Assembly: GCA_963711565.1 (NCBI GenBank)
Contig: CAVQEQ010000004.1
Span: 224,001-288,000 of the forward strand
DNA from: an uncultured delta proteobacterium
GTDB lineage: Bacteria; Desulfobacterota; Binatia; Binatales; Binataceae
Reading direction: 5' to 3'
Length of the DNA: 64,000 nucleotides
Shown: positions 38,581-47,996 of the stretch, piece after piece
Layout: each line of letters opens with the position of its first letter
How positions within the stretch are numbered: the stretch's first letter is position 1
Position numbers and translations under genes: made by a program
The notes under the pieces: model-generated
What the model saw: only the letters and a program-made list of their open reading frames with translations
Databases searched by the model: none
Told to the model about the DNA's origin: nothing

Positions 38581-38650
38581 ACTGAGTGCAGGGGTCACCC
38601 CGGCCCAGGGAAGCGTGAAACACACGGTGGGTTTCACAATAAATCAAGTG
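38581..38650 (+). repeat. 70-bp double-hairpin repeat, family A copy 3 (diverged)
   Basis: ACTGAGTGCAGGGGTCACCCCGGCCCAGGGAAGCGTGAAACACACGGTGGGTTTCACAATAAATCAAGTG. Confidence 0.85.
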
Positions 38651-38710
38651 ATTTCACTTGCCGAGATGCCCTTTGGATTGCTCGCGCTCGTTGGGCTATA
38701 AAGAAACGCC

Positions 38711-39355
38711 GTGCGCTTTATCCTGATTGCCGCCAAGCAGCTCGAATTTGCCAAGACCCGGCTCGCGCCGCTCCTGCCTCCCGGCGAGCGCCGCGCTCTG
38801 GCCGAGGCGATGTTTCGCGACGTGCTGGCCGCCGCGCTCGGCGCCACCGCTCCAGACCACGTCGCCGTAGTGACTTCCGACGCCGGGATGCTTGCGATGG
38901 CGCGCTCGGCCGGCGCTCTGCTGATCGACGAGGAATTTCCACGCGGCCTCAACGTTGCCGTCGCGCTCGGCACCTCCGCCTTGATTGCCCAGGGCGCGCA
39001 GACCGTCTGCACCCTGCTGTCCGACATCCCGCTCGTTGTCGCCGAAGATATCGACGCGGTCTTTGCCGCGATGCCCGCCGGACGCGGCGCGGTGCTGGTT
39101 CCCTCGCGCGACTTCTCCGGCACCAACATTATATGCCGCTCACCCGCCGACGCCGTGCCAACTCGCTTCGGCCGCATGAGCCTGGTGCGCCATCTGGACG
39201 ATTGCCGCACTGCCGACGTTCCAGCTAGAGTGCTGCGACTTACGCGGCCCGCGCTGGATCTCGACGTGATCGCCGATCTCGCCGAGTTCGAGCGTGCAGC
39301 GTCCGGCACCCATACTCAAAACCAGTTGGCCCGGCTCGGGATTGCTCACCACTAA
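38711..39355 (+). CDS. cofC: F420 biosynthesis guanylyltransferase CofC/FbiD
   Basis: AKTRLAPLL, AMFRDVL, GLNVAV, SDIPL, GTN, LDLDVIADL. Confidence 0.88.
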   Translation: MRFILIAAKQLEFAKTRLAPLLPPGERRALAEAMFRDVLAAALGATAPDHVAVVTSDAGMLAMARSAGALLIDEEFPRGLNVAVALGTSALIAQGAQTVCTLLSDIPLVVAEDIDAVFAAMPAGRGAVLVPSRDFSGTNIICRSPADAVPTRFGRMSLVRHLDDCRTADVPARVLRLTRPALDLDVIADLAEFERAASGTHTQNQLARLGIAHH

Positions 39356-39358
39356 AAA

Positions 39359-40150
39359 TTGAAAAACGGACTGATGTCGATCGTTGGAATGATTGAGCGG
39401 CTCGGCGCGCTTGTGCTCGACGGCATCGTCCGCCTCGGCGCGTTCGTGCTCTTTCTGCTCAACGCGGTGTTCTACGTGTTCCTGCCGCCCTTCAAGCCGC
39501 GCCTGTGGATCAGGCAGATACGGATCATCGGTGCCGATTCGCTTTTTCTGATCATCTTGATCGGCGGATTCACCGGCATGGTGCTCGGCCTGCAGGGCTA
39601 CAACACGCTGCGCCGCTTCGGCTCGGACGGCGCGCTCGGCACGGTCGTCGCCCTCGTGCTGGTGCGCGAGCTTGGTCCCGTGCTGGCCGCCATCATGATC
39701 ACGGCGCGCGCCGGTTCCGCGATGGCCGCCGAGCTCGGCTCGATGCAGTCCACGGAACAAATCGACGCGCTCACCGTCATGGCCATCAACCCCGTGCAGT
39801 ACCTGGTCTCGCCGCGGATGCTGGCGGGGGTGATCAGTTTCCCGCTGCTGACCTCGATCTTCGACGTGGTCGGAATCTTCGGTGGTTACATGGTCGGCGT
39901 CGGCCTGATGGGCGCGCCGTCGGGGGCCTACTTCAACGGTATCGCCGCCAACATGAGCGGCCACGACATCATGACCGGCCTCTACAAAGCGCTGCTGTTC
40001 GGCGTGATCGTAATGTGGGTCTGTTGCTACAAGGGATATCACGCCGAGCGGATGGCGACCGGGGTCAGCCGCGCCACCACTGAAGCGGTCGTACTGTCGA
40101 GCGTGCTGATTCTTGCTTTCGACTATTTTCTCACGTCGATACTTTTGTGA
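39359..40150 (+). CDS. mlaE: MlaE-type ABC permease
   Basis: RELGPVLAAIMITARAGSAMAAELGSM..TEQIDAL, GVSRATTEAVV. Confidence 0.92.
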   Translation: MKNGLMSIVGMIERLGALVLDGIVRLGAFVLFLLNAVFYVFLPPFKPRLWIRQIRIIGADSLFLIILIGGFTGMVLGLQGYNTLRRFGSDGALGTVVALVLVRELGPVLAAIMITARAGSAMAAELGSMQSTEQIDALTVMAINPVQYLVSPRMLAGVISFPLLTSIFDVVGIFGGYMVGVGLMGAPSGAYFNGIAANMSGHDIMTGLYKALLFGVIVMWVCCYKGYHAERMATGVSRATTEAVVLSSVLILAFDYFLTSILL

Positions 40151-40179
40151 TAACGCGTATCGATTCGATTTGATGAATC

Positions 40180-40974
40180 ATGAGCCAACCTGAGACCAAC
40201 CATACTGACGGCAACGCGATCGAAGTGCGCGATCTTCGCCGCCGCTTCGGCCACCAGCAGGTGCTCGAAGGCGTCACCCTCGATTTTCCCGCCGGCAAGA
40301 TTACGACCATCGTCGGCCCCAGCGGCTCCGGCAAGACCGTCCTGCTCAAGCATCTTAACCTGCTGCTGCGGCCCGATTCCGGCACAATCGTGTTCGACGG
40401 CATCGACGTAACGAAGCTGGGCTCGACCGGCCTGGACGCGGTGCGCGAGAAGTTCGGGATGCTCTTTCAGGCCGGCGCGCTGTTCGACTCGATGTCGGTA
40501 TTCGACAACGTCTCGTTCCCGCTGGTCGAGAAAACAAAACTCTCACGCGTCGAGATCGCCGAGCGCGTGCATGAAACGCTCAAGGCGGTCGGGCTCGAAG
40601 GCATGGAAGCCAAGTTCCCGTCCGAAATGAGTGGCGGGATGCAGAAACGCGCGGCTCTCGCGCGCGCATTGGTGCGCCGTCCGAAGATTCTCATGCTCGA
40701 CGAGCCGACCACCGGCCTCGATCCCTCGCGGACCGGCGCGATTCACGACCTCATCCGCCGCACGCAGGAGAATTTTCATCTGACCGCTGTCATGGTCAGT
40801 CACGACGTGCCCGCCGTCTTCCAGGTTTCCGACCGGGTCGCGTTTCTCCATAATGGCCGCACTCATCTCAATGGCACCGTGGCTGAGGTGATGGCGTCCG
40901 GCGACAACGTCTTCAAGCGCTTTCTGGCTGGCAAAGCATCCGGCGAGGAGAATGAATTAGCCTCCGCGGGCTGA
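40180..40974 (+). CDS. mlaF: MlaF-type ABC ATPase
   Basis: GPSGSGKT, GMLFQAGALFDSM, MSGGMQKR, LDEPTTGLDP. Confidence 0.9.
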   Translation: MSQPETNHTDGNAIEVRDLRRRFGHQQVLEGVTLDFPAGKITTIVGPSGSGKTVLLKHLNLLLRPDSGTIVFDGIDVTKLGSTGLDAVREKFGMLFQAGALFDSMSVFDNVSFPLVEKTKLSRVEIAERVHETLKAVGLEGMEAKFPSEMSGGMQKRAALARALVRRPKILMLDEPTTGLDPSRTGAIHDLIRRTQENFHLTAVMVSHDVPAVFQVSDRVAFLHNGRTHLNGTVAEVMASGDNVFKRFLAGKASGEENELASAG

Positions 40975-40985
40975 AACGAACACTT

Positions 40986-41495
40986 ATGTACGCAAGTCGA
41001 ACCACGCAGTTTATCGTCGGGATCTTCGCCATTCTCGGGATTGCCGCGCTCGCGGTTTTGTCTCTGTCGCTGGGCAAGATCTCAATCTTCCCCGCGCCCG
41101 GCTACACCCTCTACGCAAGTTTCGATAATATTTCAGGCTTGAAGACCGGTGATCAGGTTCAGCTCGACGGCGTGCAGATCGGCAAAGTGGTGCATATAGG
41201 TCTCAAGGACATGCGCGCGCGGGTTGCCCTGCGGGTGGACCAGGGCGTGCAGATCGACACGGACGCGATCGCTTCCGTCAAGACCAGCGGAATAATCGGC
41301 GACAAGTACATCTCCATCGCGCTCGGCCCCAGCGAACACATCCTCGGCAACGGTGATACGATTCGGCAAACCCAGTCGGCATTCGTGCTCGAGGACGCCA
41401 TCGGCCAGCTAATCAACAATTCCGGCAGTAGCGGAGACAAGGATAAATCCTCAGATTCAGACAAGGACCAGAAGCCCGCAAAATCGGAGAAGTAA
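40986..41495 (+). CDS. mlaD: MlaD (MCE domain)
   Basis: FDNISGLKTGDQVQLDGVQIGKV, KTSGIIGDKYISI, TQSAFVLEDAIGQ. Confidence 0.92.
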   Translation: MYASRTTQFIVGIFAILGIAALAVLSLSLGKISIFPAPGYTLYASFDNISGLKTGDQVQLDGVQIGKVVHIGLKDMRARVALRVDQGVQIDTDAIASVKTSGIIGDKYISIALGPSEHILGNGDTIRQTQSAFVLEDAIGQLINNSGSSGDKDKSSDSDKDQKPAKSEK

Positions 41496-41501
41496 CCGCG
41501 A

Positions 41502-42170
41502 ATGAAACTTATGATGACGCCACGTTCCATCCCTCGAATTCCGCAACGACGCTCGCTCGCGATACTCACGTTGACCGCCGCGCTGCTCGTCAGCCTCGCC
41601 CCGTCCCGCTTCATCGCACCCGCGTGGGCCGACGATCCAATGAGCGTCGTGCAGGGCACCGTCAATGAGGCCCTCGCCGTGCTCCGCGACACTCAAACGC
41701 CGCTGGCCCAGCGCCAGGACAAGCTCCGGCAGATCGTCTCCGGCACCTTCGATTTCACCGAGATGGCCAAGTCGGCACTCGGCTATCATTGGAAGCAGAT
41801 CACCCCCGCTCAGCAGCAGGAGTTCACCGCCGCTTTCGTCGCCTTCATCGAGGATTCCTACCTGAGCAAAATTAACGAGTACAACGGCCAGCAGGTGAAC
41901 TTCCTGCGAGCCACCAACGACGGCGCGCAATATTCCGAGGTCAATACCGACATCACGCAGCCCAAGGGCGAACCGATCCACGTGAACTACCGCCTGCTGC
42001 AGGAGGGCGGCACCTGGAAGATCTACAACGTCACCGTTGACGCCATCAGTATCATCGCGAACTACCGCAACCAGTTTAATCGCGTCATGAACAACAGCGG
42101 CTACGAGACTCTTATCAGTGATTTGAAGAGTAAGCAGGCCGCCCTTGCCGCAAGTCTGGCGAATCACTAA
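41502..42170 (+). CDS. mlaC: MlaC/Ttg2D periplasmic lipid-binding protein
   Basis: FDFTEMAKSALGYHW, WKIYNVTVDAISIIANYRNQF. Confidence 0.9.
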   Translation: MKLMMTPRSIPRIPQRRSLAILTLTAALLVSLAPSRFIAPAWADDPMSVVQGTVNEALAVLRDTQTPLAQRQDKLRQIVSGTFDFTEMAKSALGYHWKQITPAQQQEFTAAFVAFIEDSYLSKINEYNGQQVNFLRATNDGAQYSEVNTDITQPKGEPIHVNYRLLQEGGTWKIYNVTVDAISIIANYRNQFNRVMNNSGYETLISDLKSKQAALAASLANH

Positions 42171-42235
42171 CAGGTATGGATTCCTCGCGGACGGACAGCT
42201 ACCCTTCTACCGAAGATTCTAGAGGCGACCACGCC

Positions 42236-43024
42236 ATGGAGAGGCAAATGAGATCTGGTTCGAAACAAATCGAAAGGACAGGCGCGCGCTGGATGATGCT
42301 CGCATCGTCTCTGCTTGCGGTCATTTCGTTTGCTACCCCGGCGTTGAGCCAGGCCGGCAATCCGCAGACCCCTCCGGGCGAAAACCAGGCCGTCACCGCC
42401 GATCCCTTGTCGGGATTCAACGAGCCGATGTTCACCTTCAACCTCAAGCTCGACGACTGGGTGCTACGCCCCGTCGCCAGCGGCTACTCGTTCATCGCGC
42501 CGCAGCCCGTGCGCGAAGGCGTCGGCCGATTCTTTGACAACGCCCGCGTCATCCCGCGTTTCGCCAACAACCTGTTCCAGCTCAAGCTGGCCGAGGCCGG
42601 CACTGAAGTCGCGCGCTTCGGCATCAACACGACGATTGGGTTGGCGGGCTTTTTCGATCCGGCCGATGAGTTGTTCGGACTCGAAGAGCATCCCAACGAT
42701 TTCGGCCTCACCATTCGCTATTACAACATCCCCACAGGTCCGTACCTGATGCTGCCGTTCTTCGGACCTTCGACGATTGGCGACACTGTCGGCCTGGTGG
42801 CGGACGGTGCGATGGACCCGATCAGCTACTTCGTTCCGTGGTGGGTATCGATCACAGTCGCTACCGGCCAGCGCGCGGTTGAAGCCGTAAACTATCGCTC
42901 GCTCCACATGAACCAGTTCGAGGAAGCCGACCGCTACGCGATCGATCTCTATGGCGCCGTGCAGGACGCGTACCTGCAAACGCGCGACCACGAGGTCAAG
43001 AAGCTCCACGAGGAAGAGTGGTAA
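42236..43024 (+). CDS. mlaA: MlaA/VacJ-family protein; start uncertain
   Basis: DPLSGFNEPMFTFN, RFGINTTIGLAGFFDPA, DFGLT, GPYLMLPFFGPST. Confidence 0.88.
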   Translation: MERQMRSGSKQIERTGARWMMLASSLLAVISFATPALSQAGNPQTPPGENQAVTADPLSGFNEPMFTFNLKLDDWVLRPVASGYSFIAPQPVREGVGRFFDNARVIPRFANNLFQLKLAEAGTEVARFGINTTIGLAGFFDPADELFGLEEHPNDFGLTIRYYNIPTGPYLMLPFFGPSTIGDTVGLVADGAMDPISYFVPWWVSITVATGQRAVEAVNYRSLHMNQFEEADRYAIDLYGAVQDAYLQTRDHEVKKLHEEEW

Positions 43025-43058
43025 GCCGAACGTAGTACCAGTGTAATTTGCCGACCAA

Positions 43059-43099
43059 GCGCGCCGCGGAACCAAAATTCCGCGGCGCGTTTCTTTTTC
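43059..43099 (+). terminator. Rho-independent terminator after the mla operon
   Basis: CGCGCCGCGGAA/TTCCGCGGCGCG stem followed by TTTCTTTTTC. Confidence 0.85.
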
Positions 43100-43104
43100 T
43101 GAAC

Positions 43105-43174
43105 ACTGGGTGCAGGGGTCACCCCTGCCGAAGGAAGCGTGAAACCCACCGCGGGTTTCACATTCAATCAAGTG
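43105..43174 (+). repeat. 70-bp double-hairpin repeat, family A copy 4
   Basis: ACTGGGTGCAGGGGTCACCCCTGCCGAAGGAAGCGTGAAACCCACCGCGGGTTTCACATTCAATCAAGTG. Confidence 0.92.
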
Positions 43175-43177
43175 ATT

Positions 43178-44041
43178 TCACTGCACATGCTCCCACGCAT
43201 GATACGAACTCCTCACCAGCGGCCCCGATTCCACATGATGGAACCCCATCGCGAGCGCGACCGTCTTGATCTCCGCGAACTCCGCCGGCGGCACGTATCG
43301 CGCCACTGGAATATGCTCCGCTGACGGCCGCAGATACTGCCCGAGAGTCAGGATGTCACACTCGACAGTGCGCAAATCGCGGATCACGTCGAGGATTTCG
43401 GCGTTGGTCTCGCCCAGCCCAAGCATCACGCCTGCCTTGGTGAACATCGGCTTGCCGATCTCGCGCGCAACGTCCTTCGCATGACGGATCACGTCGAGCG
43501 AGCGCTGGTAGTTTCCGCCCGGCCGCACCGCGCGATAAAGACTCGGCACCGTTTCTATATTGTGGTTGTAAATGTCGATTGGCGATTCCACCACCGTCCT
43601 GACGCTGGCGAACGCTCCCTGAAAATCCGGCACCAGCACCTCGACCCGCGCCGGCGACGGATTCGCTTTGATCGCATGCGCCGTGGCCGCGAAATGCGCC
43701 GCGCCGCCGTCCGGCAAATCGTCGCGATCGACAGACGTGACGACTACATGCTGCAATCCCAGCCGCGCTACCGCCTCCGCGATCCGGCGCGGCTCGTCGG
43801 CATCCAGCGGCCGCACCTTGCCGTGCGCGACCGCGCAGTACGGGCAATTGCGCGTGCACACGTCGCCCATCAGCATGAAAGTGGCCGTGCGATGAGAAAA
43901 GCATTCGCCGATATTCGGGCAGCACGCCTCCTGGCAAACCGAATGCAGTTTCAGCTCGCCGAGGATCGCCTTGGTGCGAAAGTATTCGGGCGACACCGGC
44001 GCACGCACCTTAATCCAATCAGGATGCTTCCGTTCAGCCAT
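43178..44041 (-). CDS. lipA: Lipoyl synthase
   Basis: CQEACCPNIGEC, CTRNCPYC, TSVDRDDL, GPLVRSSYHA. Confidence 0.96.
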   Translation of the reverse strand: MAERKHPDWIKVRAPVSPEYFRTKAILGELKLHSVCQEACCPNIGECFSHRTATFMLMGDVCTRNCPYCAVAHGKVRPLDADEPRRIAEAVARLGLQHVVVTSVDRDDLPDGGAAHFAATAHAIKANPSPARVEVLVPDFQGAFASVRTVVESPIDIYNHNIETVPSLYRAVRPGGNYQRSLDVIRHAKDVAREIGKPMFTKAGVMLGLGETNAEILDVIRDLRTVECDILTLGQYLRPSAEHIPVARYVPPAEFAEIKTVALAMGFHHVESGPLVRSSYHAWEHVQ

Positions 44042-44798
44042 CGCTTGCCATCAACTCAGGCGTCGAAGCGCCGGCTAAAATTATCTCATCGTAGTTGAAC
44101 ACGCGCGCGAAACTCTCGCGCATCGTTTCGGCAAACTCGCGCACCGACACCGCGCGATTCGTGATTTCGCACACCAACGTCATCCGGCATCCCTCGATCC
44201 CGCACGGCACGATCGAATCGAAGTAGCTGAGGTCGGTGGATACGTTCAGCGCGAACCCATGCCACGTCGTCCAGCGCCGAATCCCGATGCCGATCGACGC
44301 GATCTTCCGCCCGCCGACCCACACGCCAGTCATCTTCTCGCGCCGCCCCGCGTCGATTCCAAATTTTGCGAGCGCGTCGATCATCGCCGTCTCGAGACAC
44401 CGCAGATACTTCGTAACGTCGCGGTCGCGCCCTTCAAGCTTGAGAATCGGATAACCGATCAGTTGCCCGGGCCCGTGATACGTCACCTGCCCGCCGCGCG
44501 ACACGCGCCGAACCGGCACAGTTTTCGTGTTACTAACTATGAAGCCCTCATCCGCCCCGCGCCCAAGTGTAAACACATGTGGATGCTCCATCATCAGCAT
44601 CGTATCGCCGACCCTCCCGTCGATCCGCGCCGCAAGCATCTCGCTCTGCATCGCGAGCGCCGCGTCATAATCCAAGACGCCCAAATTCGCTACGGTAAGT
44701 GCGCCGCGCGCATCCAACTGACTCTCGCGATTGTTCCCCTTTCCCGCGAGGGCCCGAAAAAAGGGGTTAGGGGTTAGGTTCCGCTCATCCACGAGCAT
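44034..44798 (-). CDS. lipB: Octanoyltransferase; start at ATG 44798 or TTG 44717
   Basis: EHPHVFTLGR, RGGQVTYHGPGQL, KIASIGI, HGFALNV, IVPCGI. Confidence 0.93.
   Translation of the reverse strand: MLVDERNLTPNPFFRALAGKGNNRESQLDARGALTVANLGVLDYDAALAMQSEMLAARIDGRVGDTMLMMEHPHVFTLGRGADEGFIVSNTKTVPVRRVSRGGQVTYHGPGQLIGYPILKLEGRDRDVTKYLRCLETAMIDALAKFGIDAGRREKMTGVWVGGRKIASIGIGIRRWTTWHGFALNVSTDLSYFDSIVPCGIEGCRMTLVCEITNRAVSVREFAETMRESFARVFNYDEIILAGASTPELMASDG
44726..44780 (-). repeat. Palindromic REP-like element, family B, within the 5' end of the lipB frame
   Basis: Minus strand AACCTAACCCCTAACCCC...GGGAAAGGGGAACAATCGCG matches 26581-26628. Confidence 0.75.
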
Positions 44799-44802
44799 CG
44801 CA

Positions 44803-46215
44803 CTAGAAGTCTATCGCTTCCCCATCCGCCGCCAAAGCCGCCTGCATGATCGCCTCCGACATCGTCGGATGCGGATGCGCGGTCTTCCCAATTTCCGTCA
44901 CCGTCGTCTCGAGCGCCTTCCCAAGCACGACCTCCGAAATGATATCGGTCGCCGCGTGTCCGATTATCTGGCATCCGATCACTTCGCCGTATTGCTTGGT
45001 CGCGACGATCTTCACAAATCCCGCCGTCTCGCCAATCGCCACCGCCTTGCCCATAGCACGAAACGGAATCTTGCCGACCTTTACCTCGATTCCGCGCGCC
45101 TTCGCCTCCGCCTCGCTCAGTCCCACCGTCGCCACTTCCGGCTCGCAGTAGATACACGCCGGAATCGCGAGCAGGTCGAAGCTCGGCTCGCGTACGCCCG
45201 CCATTATTTCCACCGCCGCGATTCCCTCCGAGCTCGCCTTATGCGCCAGCAGCGGCGGCCGGATCACGTCGCCGATCGAGTAGATACTCGGCACTTTGGT
45301 CTGGAACGAATCGTTCACCTTGATAAACCCGCCGCGCTCCAGCTCGATCCCAAGTTTCTCCAGCCCGACGTTCATGCTGAGCGGCGTCCGCCCAACGGCG
45401 ACCAGCACCACCTCTGCCTCGACCGATTTTTCCCCGCCGTCGGCCGAGACCGTGACCGACCACAACTCGCCCTTGCGCGCCATCGACTTGTATCCATGCC
45501 CAAGCATTACGGTGATTCCGCGTTTGACGAACGCGCGCCGCAACTCCTCGGCGACCTCCACGTCCATGCCCGGCAGCATCTGCTTTTCCAGCTCGACGAT
45601 CGTGACCTTGGCCCCGAACGCGCTGTAGAAATATCCGAACTCGGCCCCTATCGCGCCCGCCCCGATCACGACGACGCTCGCCGGCATCTTGTCGAGCACC
45701 AGCGCCTCGTGGCTGGTAACGACGCCGTCGCCGACTTTCATCCCGGGAAACAGTTTCTCCCCAGACCCGGCCGCAATCAGAATCCTCTCGCCCTCGAGCA
45801 CGCCCACGGATGGCGCCGCCTTGCCCTCGACCTGTTTGAGGGTGACGGAATGCGGCCCGGTGATCGTCGCATCAGCCTCGAAGTAATCGATCTTGTTTTT
45901 CCGAAAAAGATAAAGCACGCCCTTGGACAGCTTCTCCGCCGCCGCCCGCGAGCGCGCAATCACTTTCGCAAAATCAAACCGAACCTCGCCAACTTCGATC
46001 CCATGCTCCTTGGAAGCCCCGCGAATCGTATCCATCGCGCCGGCGGAGCTAAGCAGCGCCTTCGACGGGATGCATCCCCAGTTGAGGCATACGCCCCCAG
46101 GCCGATCCCGCTCAATCACCGCGACGCGCATCTTCAACTGCGCCGCCCGAATCGCCGCAACATACCCGCCAGGCCCGGAACCAATCACAACAAGGTCATA
46201 CCGAGAATTTTCCAA
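44803..46215 (-). CDS. lpdA: Dihydrolipoamide dehydrogenase (E3)
   Basis: GSGPGGYVAA, GGVCLNWGCIPSKAL, GAGAIG, LAHKAS, HPHPTMSEA. Confidence 0.96.
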   Translation of the reverse strand: MENSRYDLVVIGSGPGGYVAAIRAAQLKMRVAVIERDRPGGVCLNWGCIPSKALLSSAGAMDTIRGASKEHGIEVGEVRFDFAKVIARSRAAAEKLSKGVLYLFRKNKIDYFEADATITGPHSVTLKQVEGKAAPSVGVLEGERILIAAGSGEKLFPGMKVGDGVVTSHEALVLDKMPASVVVIGAGAIGAEFGYFYSAFGAKVTIVELEKQMLPGMDVEVAEELRRAFVKRGITVMLGHGYKSMARKGELWSVTVSADGGEKSVEAEVVLVAVGRTPLSMNVGLEKLGIELERGGFIKVNDSFQTKVPSIYSIGDVIRPPLLAHKASSEGIAAVEIMAGVREPSFDLLAIPACIYCEPEVATVGLSEAEAKARGIEVKVGKIPFRAMGKAVAIGETAGFVKIVATKQYGEVIGCQIIGHAATDIISEVVLGKALETTVTEIGKTAHPHPTMSEAIMQAALAADGEAIDF

Positions 46216-46331
46216 GATGAAGTCCTTCCAAATAATTTACTCATTATTGTCCGAATGTGGGTACCGAGTAAGGGCGGGCCACTATGGACCAACCGGCAAA
46301 GTTCGGTGAAGATACCACTTGAGGTTAGGTA

Positions 46332-47204
46332 ATGACCGACTTCGTAATTCGTTCCATCGAGGACGTACAAAGACTGTGGCTCAAGGTTCGGGAAGTGCCA
46401 AGTCGAACCGAGGGACGCAAGCATCACCATGAAGAGGAGTACTGCCTGGGAGTTTATCTGTCGGCCCTTGGCCGGAATGGGTTTTTGAATTACCCGTTCA
46501 CACTGAAGCGGGGTGAGTCGTCGAACCACTTCGTTCTGAAAGCGAAATCTGGCGAGGTCGTCGGGCTGCAGGTAACAAGTGCCTCCGAACCGTGGCTTCA
46601 GGGCGAAATGTCCAGCGCCATTAGAAAGTATCTGCGTGCGGAATTCACCACTCGCACTTTCGGATGGGTTGGCGACGAAGCGGAAAAGCAGTGGTGCGGT
46701 CTTATCCGCGGCGCGATTGAACTAGCGAAATTACGCCGGTTCGCGCCGGCTGCGCGTCACGATCTGCTCGTCTATGACGATACGCCGCTAGCCGCAGTCG
46801 ATCGTCGCAAGGTCATTGCCGCCCTCGATCCCTGGGTCAGAGAACTAAAATCCGATACTCCCACGCTGGGTCGAATCTCGATCATAGTTTCGCTCGACGT
46901 GCTTTTCGACGTTGGCGGACTATCCCGGATTCTGCCCTATGTTCATTGGTCCGCTCCTGATCTTGACGAGACTCCGATGCAGAGTTTTTCTGAACGAGTC
47001 GAGTTGGCGGGTAGGGTGGAAGTAGAGCGAGCCATCAGAGAGCCATCGGAAGATCGCATTCCCGCAGCGAAAAATTCAGCGCCCGCCTACTACGTCAGCA
47101 GCAACGGCCGCATCGTAAAACGAACCGCTGAAGGTCGCCGCTTTGAGGTGCGAATCAAGGAGAACGGGGGCGAAATCATAGTTCGAGAACTGCACTCCGC
47201 ATGA
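46332..47204 (+). CDS. Accessory protein: degenerate PD-(D/E)xK-like fold plus small C-terminal domain; probable partner of the downstream ATPase
   Basis: GAGG RBS; lower GC; GESSNHFVL...VGLQVT where ESPDF...GLEVT is usual; TGA overlaps the next ATG. Confidence 0.55.
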   Translation: MTDFVIRSIEDVQRLWLKVREVPSRTEGRKHHHEEEYCLGVYLSALGRNGFLNYPFTLKRGESSNHFVLKAKSGEVVGLQVTSASEPWLQGEMSSAIRKYLRAEFTTRTFGWVGDEAEKQWCGLIRGAIELAKLRRFAPAARHDLLVYDDTPLAAVDRRKVIAALDPWVRELKSDTPTLGRISIIVSLDVLFDVGGLSRILPYVHWSAPDLDETPMQSFSERVELAGRVEVERAIREPSEDRIPAAKNSAPAYYVSSNGRIVKRTAEGRRFEVRIKENGGEIIVRELHSA

Positions 47205-47801
47205 CGCAAAGCCCCCTGGCTGTGGCTGATAGCAGGCCCGAACGGAAGCGGGAAAAGCACCTACGCTCCGAACCTAACGTCAGTAGTCGAAGAAATCGTA
47301 AGGCCGGACGAACTCGCCTACGAACTGTCCCCGGATAAGCCTGAAAGTGTCGCGCTGAAAGCTGGACGGCTGGCGATCAACCGTATCGAGAGCCTGCTCG
47401 AACAGAAGCGGAGTTCCGCCGTTGAAACGACTCTTTCCGGTCGATTCCATCTCGACGCTGCACAGCGGGCCAAATCCGGAGGCTGGAACGTCGGGATTGT
47501 CTATATCGGACTCAGCAGCCCAACGGTGGCGATGAAACGCGTGCTCCTGCGGAAGCTCAGAGGCGGTCATTACGTGCCACCGGAGGACGTTCGACGCCGC
47601 TATCGGAGGAGCCTCGCGAACTTGGCGGTCATTTCCAAGATCGCTGACAGGCTTGTGGTCCTGGATAACTCTTCTTCGCGAACGCCAATGAAACGACTGT
47701 TTGAGACAGACCGCGGACAGATCGTCTTCCGGCATCGGTCTCTGCCGAAGTGGCTGATCGGCGCCTTGAATCCAATTCTGACAAGTCAACCAAAGAGGTA
47801 G
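47201..47801 (+). pseudogene. Zeta-toxin-like P-loop ATPase/kinase (COG4185 type), frameshifted just after the start
   Basis: WLWLIAGPNGSGKST...ETTLSG...YIGLSS...RVLLRKLRGGHYVPPEDVRRRYRRSLANL...VLDNS. ATG 47201 is out of frame by one extra C in the C5 run at 47212-47216. Confidence 0.8.
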
Positions 47802-47996
47802 AACTCGAGCTTTATTTCAAAAGGCTCAGGGATGGACTGTTTAGCGTGAAGCTTTCGCGCCCGCCGTACTAACAATCCGGTACGGTTACCCAGGACACTC
47901 CTCAATCGCCGGCCGCGCCCGCAACTCAACTGGCGACAACCAGACCTATAGTCGCGGTACAAGCATGCCAGCTAAACTCGCCGCGAGGTTTGCAAA

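Noticed and set aside
47202-47204. TGA as selenocysteine or programmed readthrough fusing the two insert genes
   Set aside because: The position is not catalytic and no convincing SECIS is visible; an ATGA overlap plus one extra C is simpler.
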